Positions 12,900 through 26,099 of a DNA stretch of 64,000 nt are shown in pieces. The stretch spans positions 17,154,170-17,218,169 of the forward strand of contig OZ316895.1 in assembly GCA_973895155.1 (NCBI GenBank). The letters run 5' to 3'. The notes beneath the pieces are model-generated. The model made no database searches and was not told where the DNA came from. It saw only the letters and a list, made by a program, of their open reading frames with translations. The position numbers were made by a program, and so were the translations under genes. Origin of the DNA: Marsupella aquatica (lineage: Eukaryota; Plantae; Marchantiophyta). Positions within the stretch are counted from its first letter, which is position 1; every line of letters starts with the position of its first letter.

Positions 12900-13305
12900 T
12901 CTATATTCCTTCCACTCTTTCCGATTTCTGTTTGTTTCACACAAATATAATTCACTTGATCTATATTCCTTCCACTTTTTCCAGTTTCTGTTTTTTGGGT
13001 TCTTTTCACCCAAAAAGCCATTCCAACCACTGCATAAAAAGGCAGAACATTGTATTATAGTTTGTGATTTTTGCCCATCAGAATCCCTTGCATTCGGTTT
13101 CCGTGTCAGTCGGTTTTTGTGTCACTTTGTAGAAAATGTGAGATTTGAATAGCAATTCGAAAACGAATTCTAAACGATATACCTTTTTACTCCGATTTTT
13201 GCACATCAGAATCCCTTGCATTCCGTTTCCATGTCATTCGGTTTCTGCGTCACTCTGTCGAAAGTGTGAGGTTTGAAGCAATTCGAGAACGTAATCCAAA
13301 CGATT
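12900..13305 (+). repeat. Two local direct duplications (~35 bp at 12900/12960; ~115 bp at 13066/13195)
   Basis: tctatattccttccact... twice; catcagaatcccttgcatt...gcaattcga...aaacgat twice. Confidence 0.8.
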
Positions 13306-13749
13306 TCTCTCATGCGAGTGGTATGACCATGCGCAATTGGAGAAAAGCAATCCAATCCTATTTCCCTCATTTGAATGTTCCCATCAAAATTGGTGGTCGT
13401 AACTAATGTGACGCCCACTGCAAATTGATCAGTTGTACCAAATTAATCAAATTCGTGCAATTTTGCTCTCTCGTCTTCCCCATCTACTAATCTGCCAGTC
13501 TCCGTGTCTTCTCTGCTTCATTCTGCCAGTCGGGGAAACATCTGTGAATTTTAGAATGGAGAAGAAGTGATAGTGAGTTTCTCAATGCTCTTGGCTCTCG
13601 TGGCTATAGGTGCTTGTGAGTTTTCAAATTGCAATTAGCATGTTTGTAGTGCGCGAGTTCAGTGTGTTCCTGACATTCTCTGGGATTTTGCTACTCCACG
13701 TCGTCGTCACCTCTATCAACTATCCATTTGTCACGAATGCTTTCTATAA

Positions 13750-14045
13750 GAGAACGGCTCCACTTCTCACAATGGCTGTATAGAAGAGTCGTCAGCTCCA
13801 CTTCTCATGAATGCTTGCTAGAGGAGAACGGCTCCACTTCTCACAGAGGCTGTCTAGAAGTCATCAGCTCCACTTCTCATGAATGCTTTCGAGAAGAGAG
13901 CGGCTCCACTTCTCACAAACGTTTTCTAGAATAGTCATAAGGTAAACAATGCTTTCGAGAAGAGAGCGGCTTCACCTCTCACCAATGATTTCTAGAGGGA
14001 TCATCAGCTCCATTTACTTCGAATGCTTTCGCGAAGACAGCGGCT
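13750..14045 (+). repeat. Minisatellite, ~36-bp unit (alternating ~72-bp dimer)
   Basis: The core gctccacttctca recurs about every 36 bp and is followed by ...agaag/gagaag. Confidence 0.85.
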
Positions 14046-15115
14046 GGAAGTTTGCACGTTGGTGGAATCACCTAGAGGGACCTTTCGGCACGAAATCAAT
14101 ATTCCACCCTCTATGACAGAATGATCAGATTCTACTGTGGCGTTGCGCCATACGCTGACGTTGGTGGATACACCGAGGTACCTTTAGGCACGAATTGAAT
14201 CCTCAACACTATATGACAGAAAGATCATATATACTGTGGCATTGCTGTTCTGCTTGGTATAGTGACGAGGCCGCCTCCCATTTCCGCTGCTTCCGCTCAT
14301 TCCAGTTGATGGCCAGCCAACCTGCCCAATGACGGTGAATTCACTGCCGAATGTGTGATCCGACAGTTGCATCGATGGAGAATGATCAAACCGATAAAGG
14401 ATTGCAATTGAGCAGGAGGGACACCAGTCTGAACCTGGATGTCTACCACTGTAGAGGCTGACGGAGGGGACACCGTTGGGGATAGTTGAACTGACGGAGA
14501 GCACGCAACGGCATGTTTTGCAAAGTCGGTGCACGCGTCCCAGCCCTCCGCCGAAGGCTCTGCCTGTGGCTCTGCCTGTGATCTTCTTTGATTTGCTGCT
14601 GGCCTTTCCTTGCTGGTTTTGAGTACTCCTCCACACTACTTCGAACTGTGCGATTCTCCCAGAATCTAGTACAGAAATAGTCTACATTGGGAGAGAGCTA
14701 TTCAATTGAAGGGATTCATTGAAATTGCAGTACAAACAACGCCAATTCAAGCAAGGACTGCAATCCACAGCTAAGACTTGGATTGACCACTGAGTCCAGT
14801 GTAACTGGGTTTGCTGACTTGGCTCGCTGCGACTGTCCATTCGTGACAATCATCTGTTGGGTTTCTTCTCTATGTTTTACGTGGATCGAGAAAGATTTCT
14901 TCGAGTGGACTGGTGGGTTGTGCATCCAAAATCGATTCGCTGTTGATTATGAGTTCCGACGAGTGCCAGGCAACTGAAAATCAAGGTGGAGCTGTTTGCC
15001 GATCGTTTGAATTGATTCGTGACAGGTAATCCGTCGCAGGAAGTTCGAGGACTAGCTGGCTCCCTGTTGCTGTTGAATAGGATAGAAAGAATTTCCTCCA
15101 GGAAGGAAAGGGAAG

Positions 15116-15529
15116 ATGGGACGATCTGGGAGGCAGAGCTTTGCGGGATTCCTGATTGTGCTGTCACTTACGTTGTTGGTTCTCTTCGATCAGAACATAG
15201 CCGCCTTCGACTGGACAACCTCTTCTTCGTTATCCTCTATCTCCAGGGGCGCCAGCTCCAAATCCTACGGCATAGAGGGTTGGCATCGAAGTAATATGTT
15301 AGTGGGTGGGGAGATGAAGAGGAGACGCCTACAGCAGATAACAACCCCAGCTCCTGCAGCTGCCAGCAGCGGAGCCTTCATCTCGTATAGTGTGCTCTCA
15401 GCAAGTTTCGTTTGCTGCCCACCTCAGACTGGCCGATCTTACTATACTGCGAATTGTCAATCTGCCAGTGGACCAATACAGCCTTATACGAGGAGCTGCT
15501 CCACCCTAACCAACTGTGCAAGGGGCTAA
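15116..15529 (+). CDS. RALF: RALF (rapid alkalinization factor) peptide precursor, 137 aa
   Basis: N-terminal hydrophobic signal peptide, RRRL subtilase (S1P-type) site and FISY (YISY) motif. The C-terminus CPPQTGRSYYTANC...PYTRSCSTLTNCARG has the four canonical Cys and is typical of bryophyte RALFs. Confidence 0.93.
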   Translation: MGRSGRQSFAGFLIVLSLTLLVLFDQNIAAFDWTTSSSLSSISRGASSKSYGIEGWHRSNMLVGGEMKRRRLQQITTPAPAAASSGAFISYSVLSASFVCCPPQTGRSYYTANCQSASGPIQPYTRSCSTLTNCARG

Positions 15530-18500
15530 GGCCTCACCACTTGTGTTTTGTGTCTGTAATGCATAGTCTAAAGGATTATGTCTCCTTGTGTATGATGCTG
15601 CAAACTAAGCATCATAGGCATGATCATTGTGTCTGCGCTTTTTGCCTCAAAAGGATCCTTCTCTCTGATGTTAGTTGGAATGGTGAGTTCCATTATGTCC
15701 CATGAGCTTGTAGGTGCTAAACGGCTAGCTAAAGTAGCTACAGCAGAATCACATTTATGATTTATGAAATCATATCTTTTGATCGATCGGTATGCAGAAA
15801 CGAAAGACTTACGAGGCTTAGTTTCTGGGTCCGTTCTTTTTGCAGTTACCTAGATTTGTTCACCTTGATGGAGAATTAGTTCTTCGCAGAAAGGGCTACT
15901 GTACCCAAATGTTGTGAACAGACATGAATAATGATGGTTGTCAAGGATTTCTTCAAATTGATTTAGGATGAGAAGAAACTCCGTTTGAAATTATGCTGGG
16001 TCGTGGAGCACGTCTTTGTCTACTCCTAATAGAGAGCCGGGTTGCTGAGTTTCTTGGAGTAATTATTCCGGCAGTTGAAGTAAGCCTGAGCTGTAGATAA
16101 TTCTGACTCACGAGAACATCTGCAATGCGGACCCCGTTGTGGTCTTCATCAGTCAGTCTCCTTGCCAATCAATCTCTCCATAAATACTTTGATCAACTTT
16201 TCAAGGGACCATTATAAAGCTGTTGTATGGGAGGGATGAGGTTCTTTTTCTTTGAATGTGCGTGAATAAGAGTGTCTACTGAGGTTGAATCGAGAAAGGA
16301 TTGACAATGGGTTCGAAAATATTGTGTTGAAGTGTTGCTGGTCTACAGATAATTGCACTGAGTAAAGATGTCATGTGAATTCTTCATTGGAAGAGACGTG
16401 TTGGCGTCAATTTGTGGAGTGATACTCACGGTTCAATCCCTCGTGGCATTCGGTGAAATTGTCCATAACTTTGTCTCACATATCTCTTTCAGGGCTCTCC
16501 TTTTGCATCCTTCAAACCAGTTTGCACATTTCTTTTCGAACCTGCCTTCCCGTTTGTGTTGAATGGTATGGACTCTCACTTTCGAGGGTGTCGGTGCATG
16601 AGGTTACTCGGCAGGTCTCATGATTGCATCCTGATTTTGAGTCTAGCTGTGACGGACTGGTGGCATAGTCTTTCGCAACCAATGTTTTTATGTAGGTCGT
16701 TTTTCCTCAGGCTGTCGAACTCGGTGAGGCTGTTGATTGACCCGACTCCAAGTATCACCATGCATTGATGGATTTACACCATTGAGTTCTGCCTTCTACC
16801 TTGAGTTCGGACCATGCACTCACCTTGTTAGCCATTAAATCGGGCTAGGACCTTAAAATCGGATACGTCTTGTGTTTATGTACTGCTCACAGATTGTGAG
16901 TAGTCCATGTGGAAATTGTTGACATTGCTCATTCGGTTTCGTGAAGTTCATGATTGTCACATCACGTACTGATGGAACGCCAGATATTCATGAATCATCA
17001 GAAAGAAAGCCTATTATCAAGTCCGCGTGTGACAGAAATTTCAGTCAAGACTATGGGAGGCCCAGGCTCTGATCTTCTCCGTTGAATGTCGCTCGTCAGA
17101 ACGGCGATCTTCTGCTCACGTCATCAGTGGGCAATACTGCTGTTGTCGTTAGACTTGTTCAACCCTTCTTTTTCAATTTTCGCAGCTACAGTAGTTAACG
17201 GTATTGTCGTTCACTTTCCTAGCGATTTGTCACTAGGCTGACGTATGATGCGCTTGAAGCTTTCGTTCCTAACCTTTCCTCAAATCTGGGACTGAAATGG
17301 CACTTTGGAACATGTGAATCGAGTGGCGGGAGTGTAGACTCACTTAAGGAGAAAAGCGTTCCACATGAGACCATACTGAAATGTGGGTGACTTCGACAAC
17401 GAGAAACAATGGTTTTGGTTTCATTTCTTCGAGGGCAAGCCAAGCTCGAGGGCCGAGGAAACAGTGTTAGTTTTTCATCTCTCTGCCTATCACGGCATGA
17501 TTTGGCCATGACATTCAAGATAACGTGAACCGGAAACTAGATGTTATCGAGATTAGCGTCGGTGCTGGTTTGCGGATAGAGCTAGTTCTCGGACAGGCAT
17601 TTTAGCTCGCTACGTCAAGACTGGAGAGAGTACCGAAGACTGCAGGAAAACAGATGTCAGGAAAGGCCTCTCACCGTCAAAAGTGCTCCTCAAACTGCAA
17701 CGGTGTCGAGCATCTACCCTACAGATACGGCGGAGCATAATGACACCGTGCACTACGGCGTTGACATCTGCGAGACCTGAATCAGAACTGATGAAGCAGC
17801 CGAAAAGAATGGGAAGGCAACCTTTGGATCCTCGCTGGCGGCAACTCCATCGGGACTCTGTAAAACACTGTAGAGCACTCCCAGAACCTCGTCAAAGGTG
17901 AAACGGGAAAGCCTCGTGGAGGATCTTGGGTCTTCGTTGAAATTGACGACATTCCTGAGATCACATTTAATGGGAAATGGTTGTATATTCCGTAGCATTG
18001 GAACGCCGACACCGTGAGAGTTCGAGTTCAACAGAACGATAGTATATCTTGTTGAGGATAAAGGATTCTCATCAATGTAAAACTGAAATATTTCTCTAAC
18101 TTACTATTTTTTATTGAGGGGCGGTACTTCACTACCGTCACCTCTTGAATTGTTGAACTACGTTGTACACCTACTTATCTCACGCAATGCCACCGTGTGA
18201 GGCCTTCAAATGAAAAACAGATTTCACATTAAACGACTCCGAATTTCATGCAGAACACAACTCAATACCTATGATTTTACGGCACATAATTATGCAGCGA
18301 CGCTTCTCTCTATCTAGTATCTGTGCTTGGATTCACCGGGATCCAGATTTGGATCAGCGAGTTTCAAATGAATGGCACCAAAAACACAGGACGTCATCAC
18401 CCCAGTGACGGCAAACAAGAGCAATGAATCAGTGCAAAGCTTAAAGACTCTCCCCAAAGAAATTAAAAACGCTACAAAGAATACAATAAGACAGTCTAGC

Positions 18501-20109
18501 GAGCAGTCTAACAGTAAAAGCAATTCATAGCCTAAACCTAACTCTCCGACTGTAACGATATGCACCTGGTAAAGTTAAGTTATACGGCCAGGATCAAATG
18601 GACTCAGCCGCATTGAGTTTCCTTCCCAGATCTTTGGAAGTATTGTACCCCCTCTGCAATAGCGTCGTGGCACACACAAAGTTATGATGAACGCATGATA
18701 GGGTCTGTGAAAACCTAACTTAATTAGGATCGATCGTGAATCTGGAGTATTCTTGCGCCGATCTGAGAGCCAAGATGCGCCTCCGGTGGATCAAACCTGT
18801 TCGCAGGTCGTGGACGGTGGCCGGCAGGATGCCTTTTAGCCTGTTTGGCGAGTCGTGGATGCTATTTCGAAGCATGTATTTTAGTCTGTTGGCGAGCCGC
18901 TTCGAAATGAACTGGTGAAAAACCTTTTCACATATGAACTTCCACTTTCCAGCAAGAATACTTGTATTTTCAATAAAAAAATAACGAGCACGCTAAGAGA
19001 CCTCCACCAACGCTACAAACTCTACCTTTTGTCTACCTTTTGTCACAAAGAGAAGCTTGCCTAGTAATCATCGACCCAAAAATGATCCTCGCGACTAAGT
19101 GAATTGCGACGCCTACGAAAACCGGGGAAATTAATTATTGGCCTTGCGAAAAGAGCGAAAAGTTTCCTGGATAATGACCCGCTCGACGACAACGCTCCCG
19201 TCTCTGTTTGGACATCCTGTTCTGAAATATACCCATAGCCGACCGAAAATGAAAGATATCTACCATAGCCAAGATTTTTATTTCAATCCACGTTCAACCG
19301 CTCCGCCGACTGAATCTCAATTACAAACCAGGAAGTCGTAATGGAAGGGAAGGGATACGAATTCGAGCGAAAAATAAAAGACGACTAATAATTTGTTCCG
19401 CGGCGGTGCTAAACAATAATTTGGGAATAGGACTAGCGTAGCCAAGAAGTGCATATTCAGAAAAAAACGGACATTTCGGGACGGCCATGGTCAGAATGGT
19501 CCATAAGAGGTATGTGTATCACTGACAAGCGTTCCAATAAAACAAACGGGGCAAACATGCACCTAAGTCGCGCACAAAAATCATGGCAAAAGAGTAACAA
19601 AAACTTCAAACAAACAAACGCACCACTTCAAATGAGCCGGCAGAAATCAACAAGTACGGTGGTGTACTGTTATGCACCCATTACAAATCTAGGGCCCCGT
19701 TCCATTTGACAAGCTAAATTACATCTGGCGTATCCGTCTAGAGAATACTGTACAATCAGTCATCCACTAGCAAAAAGGCTACTCAAAACTGCTGAACCGC
19801 GCTTGCTTGCTTCCTAATTGTCCTGTCAACTACAGCCCTCTGCCTTCCGGCTCTCTTCCCTACCTCCCTATTTTCCTTCCTCCTGATCCACCGGGCTCCT
19901 GACGACGTTCGTCAACAGCAGTCCTCCAGGTGAACCAGGGAGACATGGCCGGCCACCAAGTCACTACCATTCTGCACGTCTTCCTTCTGCCTCACAAATT
20001 CTGCTCACAATGGCAACATCTCCATCACAGGAGGAAGAAATCTCCCTAGAGCATGAGCAAAGCCGAGTTCGTCCGCAGGTTGCCCGATCAAAAGAGTCAG
20101 CGAGGACTC

Positions 20110-20841
20110 TTACGCGGCTGGAGTGGCTTGAGGAACTGGAGTAGCGTGCGACGGTTGAACAGAGCCTTGAGCAGGATTTCCTTGAGAATTTGAGTCTGGC
20201 GCGGCAACAGCGGGTAAAGGAGGTCCAGCCGGTGCAGCAACAGCTTTGGGCACTGCAGCAGTGGGAACGGCTTGCACATAAGCAGCAGCAGCAGGGGCAG
20301 CAGAAGTTTGAGAAGGGTAGGCTGAGGTCGGAGTAGCAACACCGGGAGGGGCGAGAACAGGCATTGGAGAGGCAGCTGGAACGGGCAAGGTCTCGTCCCT
20401 TCTGACCGCCTTCACACCCAAGGCAACATCATTGCTCTTTGTTATAGGCAAGGTCAGGCCAGGTCCAAACACAACCCCGCGAAGTACAGTCTCCGAGTCT
20501 CCAATACGGACCGAGAGGAGGTACCCGGCATCGAATGAACCATCCAAAACTCCTGTCACAGTCTTTCCAACAAGAGTTTGGTCAACACCCGGTGGAGGAA
20601 GTATTTCACCCTTCTTCTTCCGAGACTTTCTTGGCTTCGGCTCTGGCTTCAGCCCCACAGGGACTCCGAGCGCGTTCGGCACTGGAGCAGGGACTCCATT
20701 TACAGTGGGTGCAGATGCAACGCTACCGTCGGGTGCAGCAACAATACCGGCAGCTTGCTGCGCTGCTAGAATGTCAGCCTTTCGAGGCCTGCCCCGCTTT
20801 CGCTTCACTGGAGGGGGGGCGTCGGCGCCCCCGTCAACCAT
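20110..20841 (-). CDS. AT-hook protein, METABOLIC NETWORK MODULATOR 1 (MNM1)-like, 243 aa, single coding exon
   Basis: AT-hook KRKRGRPRK, then the conserved VGKTVTGVLDGSFDAGYLLSVRIGDSETVLRGVVFGPG block and a Pro/Ala-rich tail. A long 5' leader with probable introns (e.g. 21012-20941) extends to ~22.4 kb. Confidence 0.88.
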   Translation of the reverse strand: MVDGGADAPPPVKRKRGRPRKADILAAQQAAGIVAAPDGSVASAPTVNGVPAPVPNALGVPVGLKPEPKPRKSRKKKGEILPPPGVDQTLVGKTVTGVLDGSFDAGYLLSVRIGDSETVLRGVVFGPGLTLPITKSNDVALGVKAVRRDETLPVPAASPMPVLAPPGVATPTSAYPSQTSAAPAAAAYVQAVPTAAVPKAVAAPAGPPLPAVAAPDSNSQGNPAQGSVQPSHATPVPQATPAA

Positions 20842-22599
20842 ATCGGCCTTCCTTCGTCGACCCGTTGTGAGGTTAGTGTCTCAGATCCGTCAAGCCCCCC
20901 CTCCTTGTCCTCCTGTCGCTCTGGAAGAACCCTTCCACAACTGCGAGTGTCGAGACTTCCAGCCAGAGTAAAAGTTCGTAACAAGAACCTTATCCCCTAC
21001 CGTGACCACTACCTGCTCTTACTGCAACACGAAAACCCAGCTTCGAAGGGCCAGCTTCGCAAGAGAGTCATTCGGTAGCACGAAATAGAAGCACGTCCAG
21101 CTCAAAATACCGTTAATCTGATCCACATTCCCACAACCGCATGTGCATTAGACGCAATCGCTGGCCGAGGACCTGCTGCAAGATGAGAGGCACTCCAGAC
21201 GAAATTAAAACACCACACATTGTCCTTCAACGAGCCAAAACGAGGAAGCTCTTAAAAGATCTCGTCACCACAAACGTTTACTGCGAGAAACAGTCACCCT
21301 AAGCACACGACTGAAGAAATAGTAATTGGTCAGTCAGTCAGTCCGAGACATAGCTTCCTGTCCACTACAAATCATGCAATTCTCTGAACGACGCGGTGCT
21401 GACACACGGGGGGAAACAGAAATAGCTGAGTAATTTAGGGCAACCTTAATCCTACAGGTTGCCCAAACTGAAGAGCCCTTTCATCGGACGAACCAGCTAA
21501 GCAGCTCGAAGACGTCGACGAAAGCAAAAACACCATTGCGAAGACAAAATGAATAAGGATTAGCTCGCTACTAATCGCGAACATCAGGCGAAACAAGTCA
21601 AAACCCGATGCAACTCGGCCAGAATCATCCATCGCTGACTACAGACCAACGGAGCACAGTTCCACCGAAATAACGTCACTTATTAGGCGACTCCGAGAGC
21701 ATTACCCGAAAGCTGTAACAACTAGTTGTATACAGCCATTATCATTCCTCTCTTTCAACGGATAGATAGAACCAACTACTGTCCCCGTAAATATCTTCTG
21801 CCCCTGCCTTGCGCAAAAACGCCGCTTCAAGACCGCGTGAGCTCCTCCTTCCTAAAGGTCCCTCGCCCACGTCCCCCCACCTCCCCTTTGCTTCCTCAAC
21901 CCAAATATGAACCCACCACTGCAAAAATATGAGAAGCGCAAAAATCAAGCTCGCAAATACGGCCCCGAAAACTCGAAAACGAACGACATCAGCTCAATCA
22001 ACCCGAGCACCAGCCCGAAATCAAATCACAGCGGACCCACACTCTTTTACCACCAACCCAACCCCACTCCACCCAGCCCAGCCAATTCCCCCCCTCTGTC
22101 CCGGCCCTTCCCCCCCACCCCCACAACAAGCCCAATACAATACGGTACCTACGCGCAGCGCTCAAGCATAGCCAAAGCCAAGCAAAGCCAAGCCAAGCAA
22201 AGCCAAGCTAATCCCATCCCAAGACAAGACAAGACTACACTGCGCTGCACTGCACTGCACTACTCCAGCCCGACTACTTACTCCTCCCACATCAATCAAT
22301 CAATCAATCAGTCGGCCAAAAAGAAGTCCCCACTCTCCCGAAATGCTTTCCCAGAATTTCCGAAATTACATTAAGAAAGGTCCGAAGGGAAGAGAGAAGA
22401 AGAAGCCCTGGCCTGCCCCGGACATGGCGTACCGTAGATGGCTCGCTCCCTCCTGCTTCCTACCTCTCTTCCTTGCTTGCTGGTAATGCTGTCGTCCTTT
22501 AACTACATACAATAATACACGACCCAAGCGCGACGAAGAAAATGCGGGACGGGGAGCCCATTTTCGGAATTTCTTTTAGGGTTGCCTTCGCTTGCCTTT

Positions 22600-23690
22600 C
22601 TGCCATTTGCCCTCGCCTAACCTTTTTGGCCTTCCTGGCTGGCTGGCTCGCTGGCTGGCCGAAGCTTGGGGAGGGGGGCACCTGGTAGCGAATGATACAA
22701 TGAGGTTTTTTTTTAAGTTTTGGTGATTATTCCCCGAAAGCAGTGGTCCAGATCTGATCATATTGTTGATCAGACAAAAACTGCTCAACAGAAGCTTCAG
22801 TGTGACCTGCCCAAACTACAAAAGAAAAAATAAACACTGGTGGAAGGGAGAAGGGGATATTTTTGAGCAAATCCTCTTCCCTTTAAAATTAAATTCTCCT
22901 CAGATTTGAGACGTGATCAATATCCTGGCTAGCAGGCTGGTCAAAGCTTGGGGGTTGGGGGCAGTGTTTCCTTTTTGTGAAAATTTGCTTATCTTTGCTC
23001 AGGGGATTGCTACCAGGGGAAGGTGTTGCAATGATTCGAAAGAGTTTTTTCTATAATTAGGTTTTAGTGACTTATTCACCAAAATCAACAATAGAGATCT
23101 GACCATAGATAGATCTAATGGTCATATGTTATCATACAAATATTTTTCTAAGCGTAGGCTTCTCAATTCTCCCTAAGTGCCCAAAATAGATAAGGAAACA
23201 CTGGTGGGGGCAGGTGGGAGGATGTTTAGCCAATTCACTTCCCTTCAAATAAAGTTCTGCTGGGATTTGGGAGGCAAAAAATATCCTTCCTGGCTGGCTT
23301 GCAAATGATACAAAGAAGTTTGATCTAATGGTCATATTGCAGTCCAACAAGTTTTTTGCTAAGTTGCAGCCTCTCAATTTGTTATAAGTGCCACCTGCCC
23401 AAAATTAAAAGTAAACCATTCATGTGAAAACATGGGAGTTTTCAAACCAATTCTCTTCCCTTTTAAAATTCTACTGGGATTTGAGATGTGATAAATATCC
23501 TGGCTGGTGAAAGCTTGGGGATAGGGGGGGGGGCAATGTTTCCTTTTTGTGCAAGTTTTTTCACATTTGCTACCAAGTGAAGGGGCTTTGCAAGTGATAC
23601 AAAGAGCTCTTTAACAAAGTCTTAGTGACTTATTTGCCAAAATCAATGGTGCCAATCTGACCATAAATAGATCTAAGTGTGACCTCTCCT
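22600..23690 (+). repeat. Degenerate repeat with partial copies ~575 bp apart (TE-derived)
   Basis: atcctggct...aaagcttgggg...gtttcctttttgtg...agtgactta...atctgaccata.atagatctaa at ~22920-23125 and ~23495-23676. Confidence 0.65.
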
Positions 23691-23809
23691 TCACTGTTTT
23701 CTCAGTGGAACCTTGTTCTCAATCTGCCAAAAATGCAAAAGGAAACTCTGGTGGTGGGGGGGGATAGGAGTAGAGTAGTAGGAAAATTTACCAAGATTCC
23801 ACCTCTAGA

Positions 23810-23930
23810 AAGTCTTCGCCACTTTTGGCAAGAATTGGCTAGGTTTTGTGTCTTCCAATAGCCAGTTTCCCATCTAGCCACAGACCCATTAGCCAGAAGC
23901 AAATGCACATCCTTGAATCTAGGGAGATCA
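23810..23930 (+). repeat. Dispersed repeat, second copy at ~35790-35905
   Basis: gccac.tttggca.gaatt...tttt.tgt.ttcca...cccattagccagaa...ggagatc is shared between the two loci. Confidence 0.6.
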
Positions 23931-25257
23931 GACACTCAGAAATTAATGTAGTAAAATTTGATGAGGAATATTCTTGGTAATTGTCCGCCACACCAGGTGA
24001 CATTCCCCACACCAGACAACAACAAGGGAAATTAACATGAAAAAAACAACCTGAATTAGTCCGCGTGGGGGGATTTCTAGCGAATTAAATTAGGAAAATA
24101 TGAAGAAAAAAACCTTAAAATTAGGCCTAACGGGAGAATTTTCGAGCAATCAAATTATCTCTTCCCGTTGCAATAACATCCTGCCCAGGAGCCGTGCCTG
24201 CACCGTTACGTCGCGCCAACCCTAAATCATCTTGGGAGGTTTTTATGGTGACGATGATGATCTCAACTTTTGGCTCCCTCTTCCCCCATGGCCCGTGCTT
24301 GCGAAGCTTTGCTTCGCTTGCCTTTGTTTGGCTCCTGCTGTACTTCCCTCTACGCCTGCCACTCATGCCACCATCCGTGGCTAAACTTGCTCCACGGTGA
24401 ACACCAATTTCTCTCTTTCTTTTACGTCCTTTTTTGTTTGTATCCCAACCACTGTGCTGACTGAGTGAGTGAGTGCCCACTGCCGCGCCCCAAAATTGTA
24501 ATTTTTTAATCCCCAAAAAAGGTGCTATATACCTTAGTGCCCTTGTTATTGTCAGAGAAATTGGACAAGAATGCACAGTCAAGATATGGATCAACACATT
24601 AGAAGATTCTCCTCTACTTTTACTAAAAATAAAAATCTCTAAAGTTCATTAAGGCCCTGTTACCAGAGCATTGTGTCCAATAATGGGCCTCTAGAGCAGT
24701 ATTGTAGCTCTCTCTTTTGGGGTCATTGTGGCATAAATTTCAAGTTTTACTATGTCACCTCCAAAATTGACCAAACATTATTAAGTTCCCCCCTAAAGTA
24801 TTTTAATTACTATGCTGTCGCATTCCAAAGAATAGGACAAACATAAATTCCAATGCGTGGAATGTACAGCTAAGATTAATCCATGGGGGCAGCATATTAA
24901 TCAAATTTGTTTTGTGGGCAACTTAAGAAGGTTGTGCAATCTGGGGGCTAGCTTAGTTTTAAAAAGATTATAAGTTTCCCACTTCTTTTGAATGCCTGGG
25001 CCATATTTTCCACTTTTGGTATTGATGGGGTTTCCCAAAGATTTTGTCCTTTAAACAAAAATAAATCTGAATGTTTAAAAACTACCCTGATTACACATCA
25101 TTTGAACAAAAATAGAGGTGACAAGAGAAAAGAAAACACCTTGCAAAAAACAGAGGTATTCTATAATGCGAGCAAACAGGAATTTTCTTAGCGAGGGGAG
25201 TATTGTTAGCGAGACACTTGTGATTTTAAATTTATTTTGCTTTTTGCTGCTTTTCTA

Positions 25258-25565
25258 TTTTTTTGTGTTTTTTATGACTCCAGATGGCTAGTGAGATAGC
25301 TAGCAAAAAAAGGAGTCTCCAAAATGGATGTTATCAACAAGGTTCCTCTTAGCGAGGCAATTGCATATAGAAAAATTAGGGGTCATGCGAGGAAAATTTT
25401 TAAAAACTACCCTGCTTTTCTAGTTTTTTGTGTTTTTTATGATTCCAGGTGGCTAGTGAGATAGCTAGCAAAAAGAGGAGTCTCCAAAATGGATGTTATC
25501 AACAAGGTTCCTGTTAGCGAGGCAATTGCATATAGAAAAATTAGGGTCATGCGAGGAAAAATTTT
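25258..25565 (+). repeat. Near-identical ~140-bp direct duplication
   Basis: tttttgtgttttttatga.tccag.tggctagtgagatagctagc...gtcatgcgaggaaaa occurs twice (25260 and 25425). Confidence 0.9.
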
Positions 25566-25627
25566 GCTGTTTCCTCGCACGCTACAATGACCCCAAAAAA
25601 CATTCCTCACTATTTTCTGTTCATATT

Positions 25628-25959
25628 TGTTAAGGATTGCTCTTAGTCTTGTGATTCAAAGGTTACGGCAATTAGGTTAACCTCAGTTAGAGACTTAGCT
25701 GAGCTTAGGTTAGTCGTGTGTGACCTTGCATATACCAGGGCTAGTGTAAGCCGCTGGTAAGTGGTGCTTGCTCATTGTAACGAAGCAACTTGAGGAAGAG
25801 AGAGAGCTTGTGTGTTTGACGACTCTTGAGGTGAAGTTGTTGTGTTCGTGTGGACGTAGCCTTGGAGAAGAGCTGAACCACATACGGATTGTGTCGACTA
25901 CGTGAGCATGGTATGAGTCATGGTTGTATTGTCATGAAGAAAAACGTCATAATTCAACA
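25628..25959 (+). mobile_element. Solo LTR (copia-like family), 332 bp
   Basis: Ends are TGTTA...TCAACA with a perfect 5-bp TSD, ATATT, on both sides. Homologous to the LTRs at 57131 and 63416. Confidence 0.9.
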
Positions 25960-26099
25960 ATATTTGCCCCAATTCTTGTTTTCTGTATTCAGGATTGCCC
26001 TTAGAGTCAAAGTTTACACATCTGGGTTTCCTATCTACACCCTCACTTTCATTTATATACTTTTAGTCAAGGTCTAGGTGTGTCACTCTAGACAATAGG

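Noticed and set aside
13750-14045. CRISPR-like repeat-spacer pattern
   Set aside because: The 'spacers' are homologous to each other in an alternating dimer, so this is a minisatellite.
20432-20971. 179-aa plus-strand ORF
   Set aside because: Antisense to the GC-rich MNM1-like CDS.
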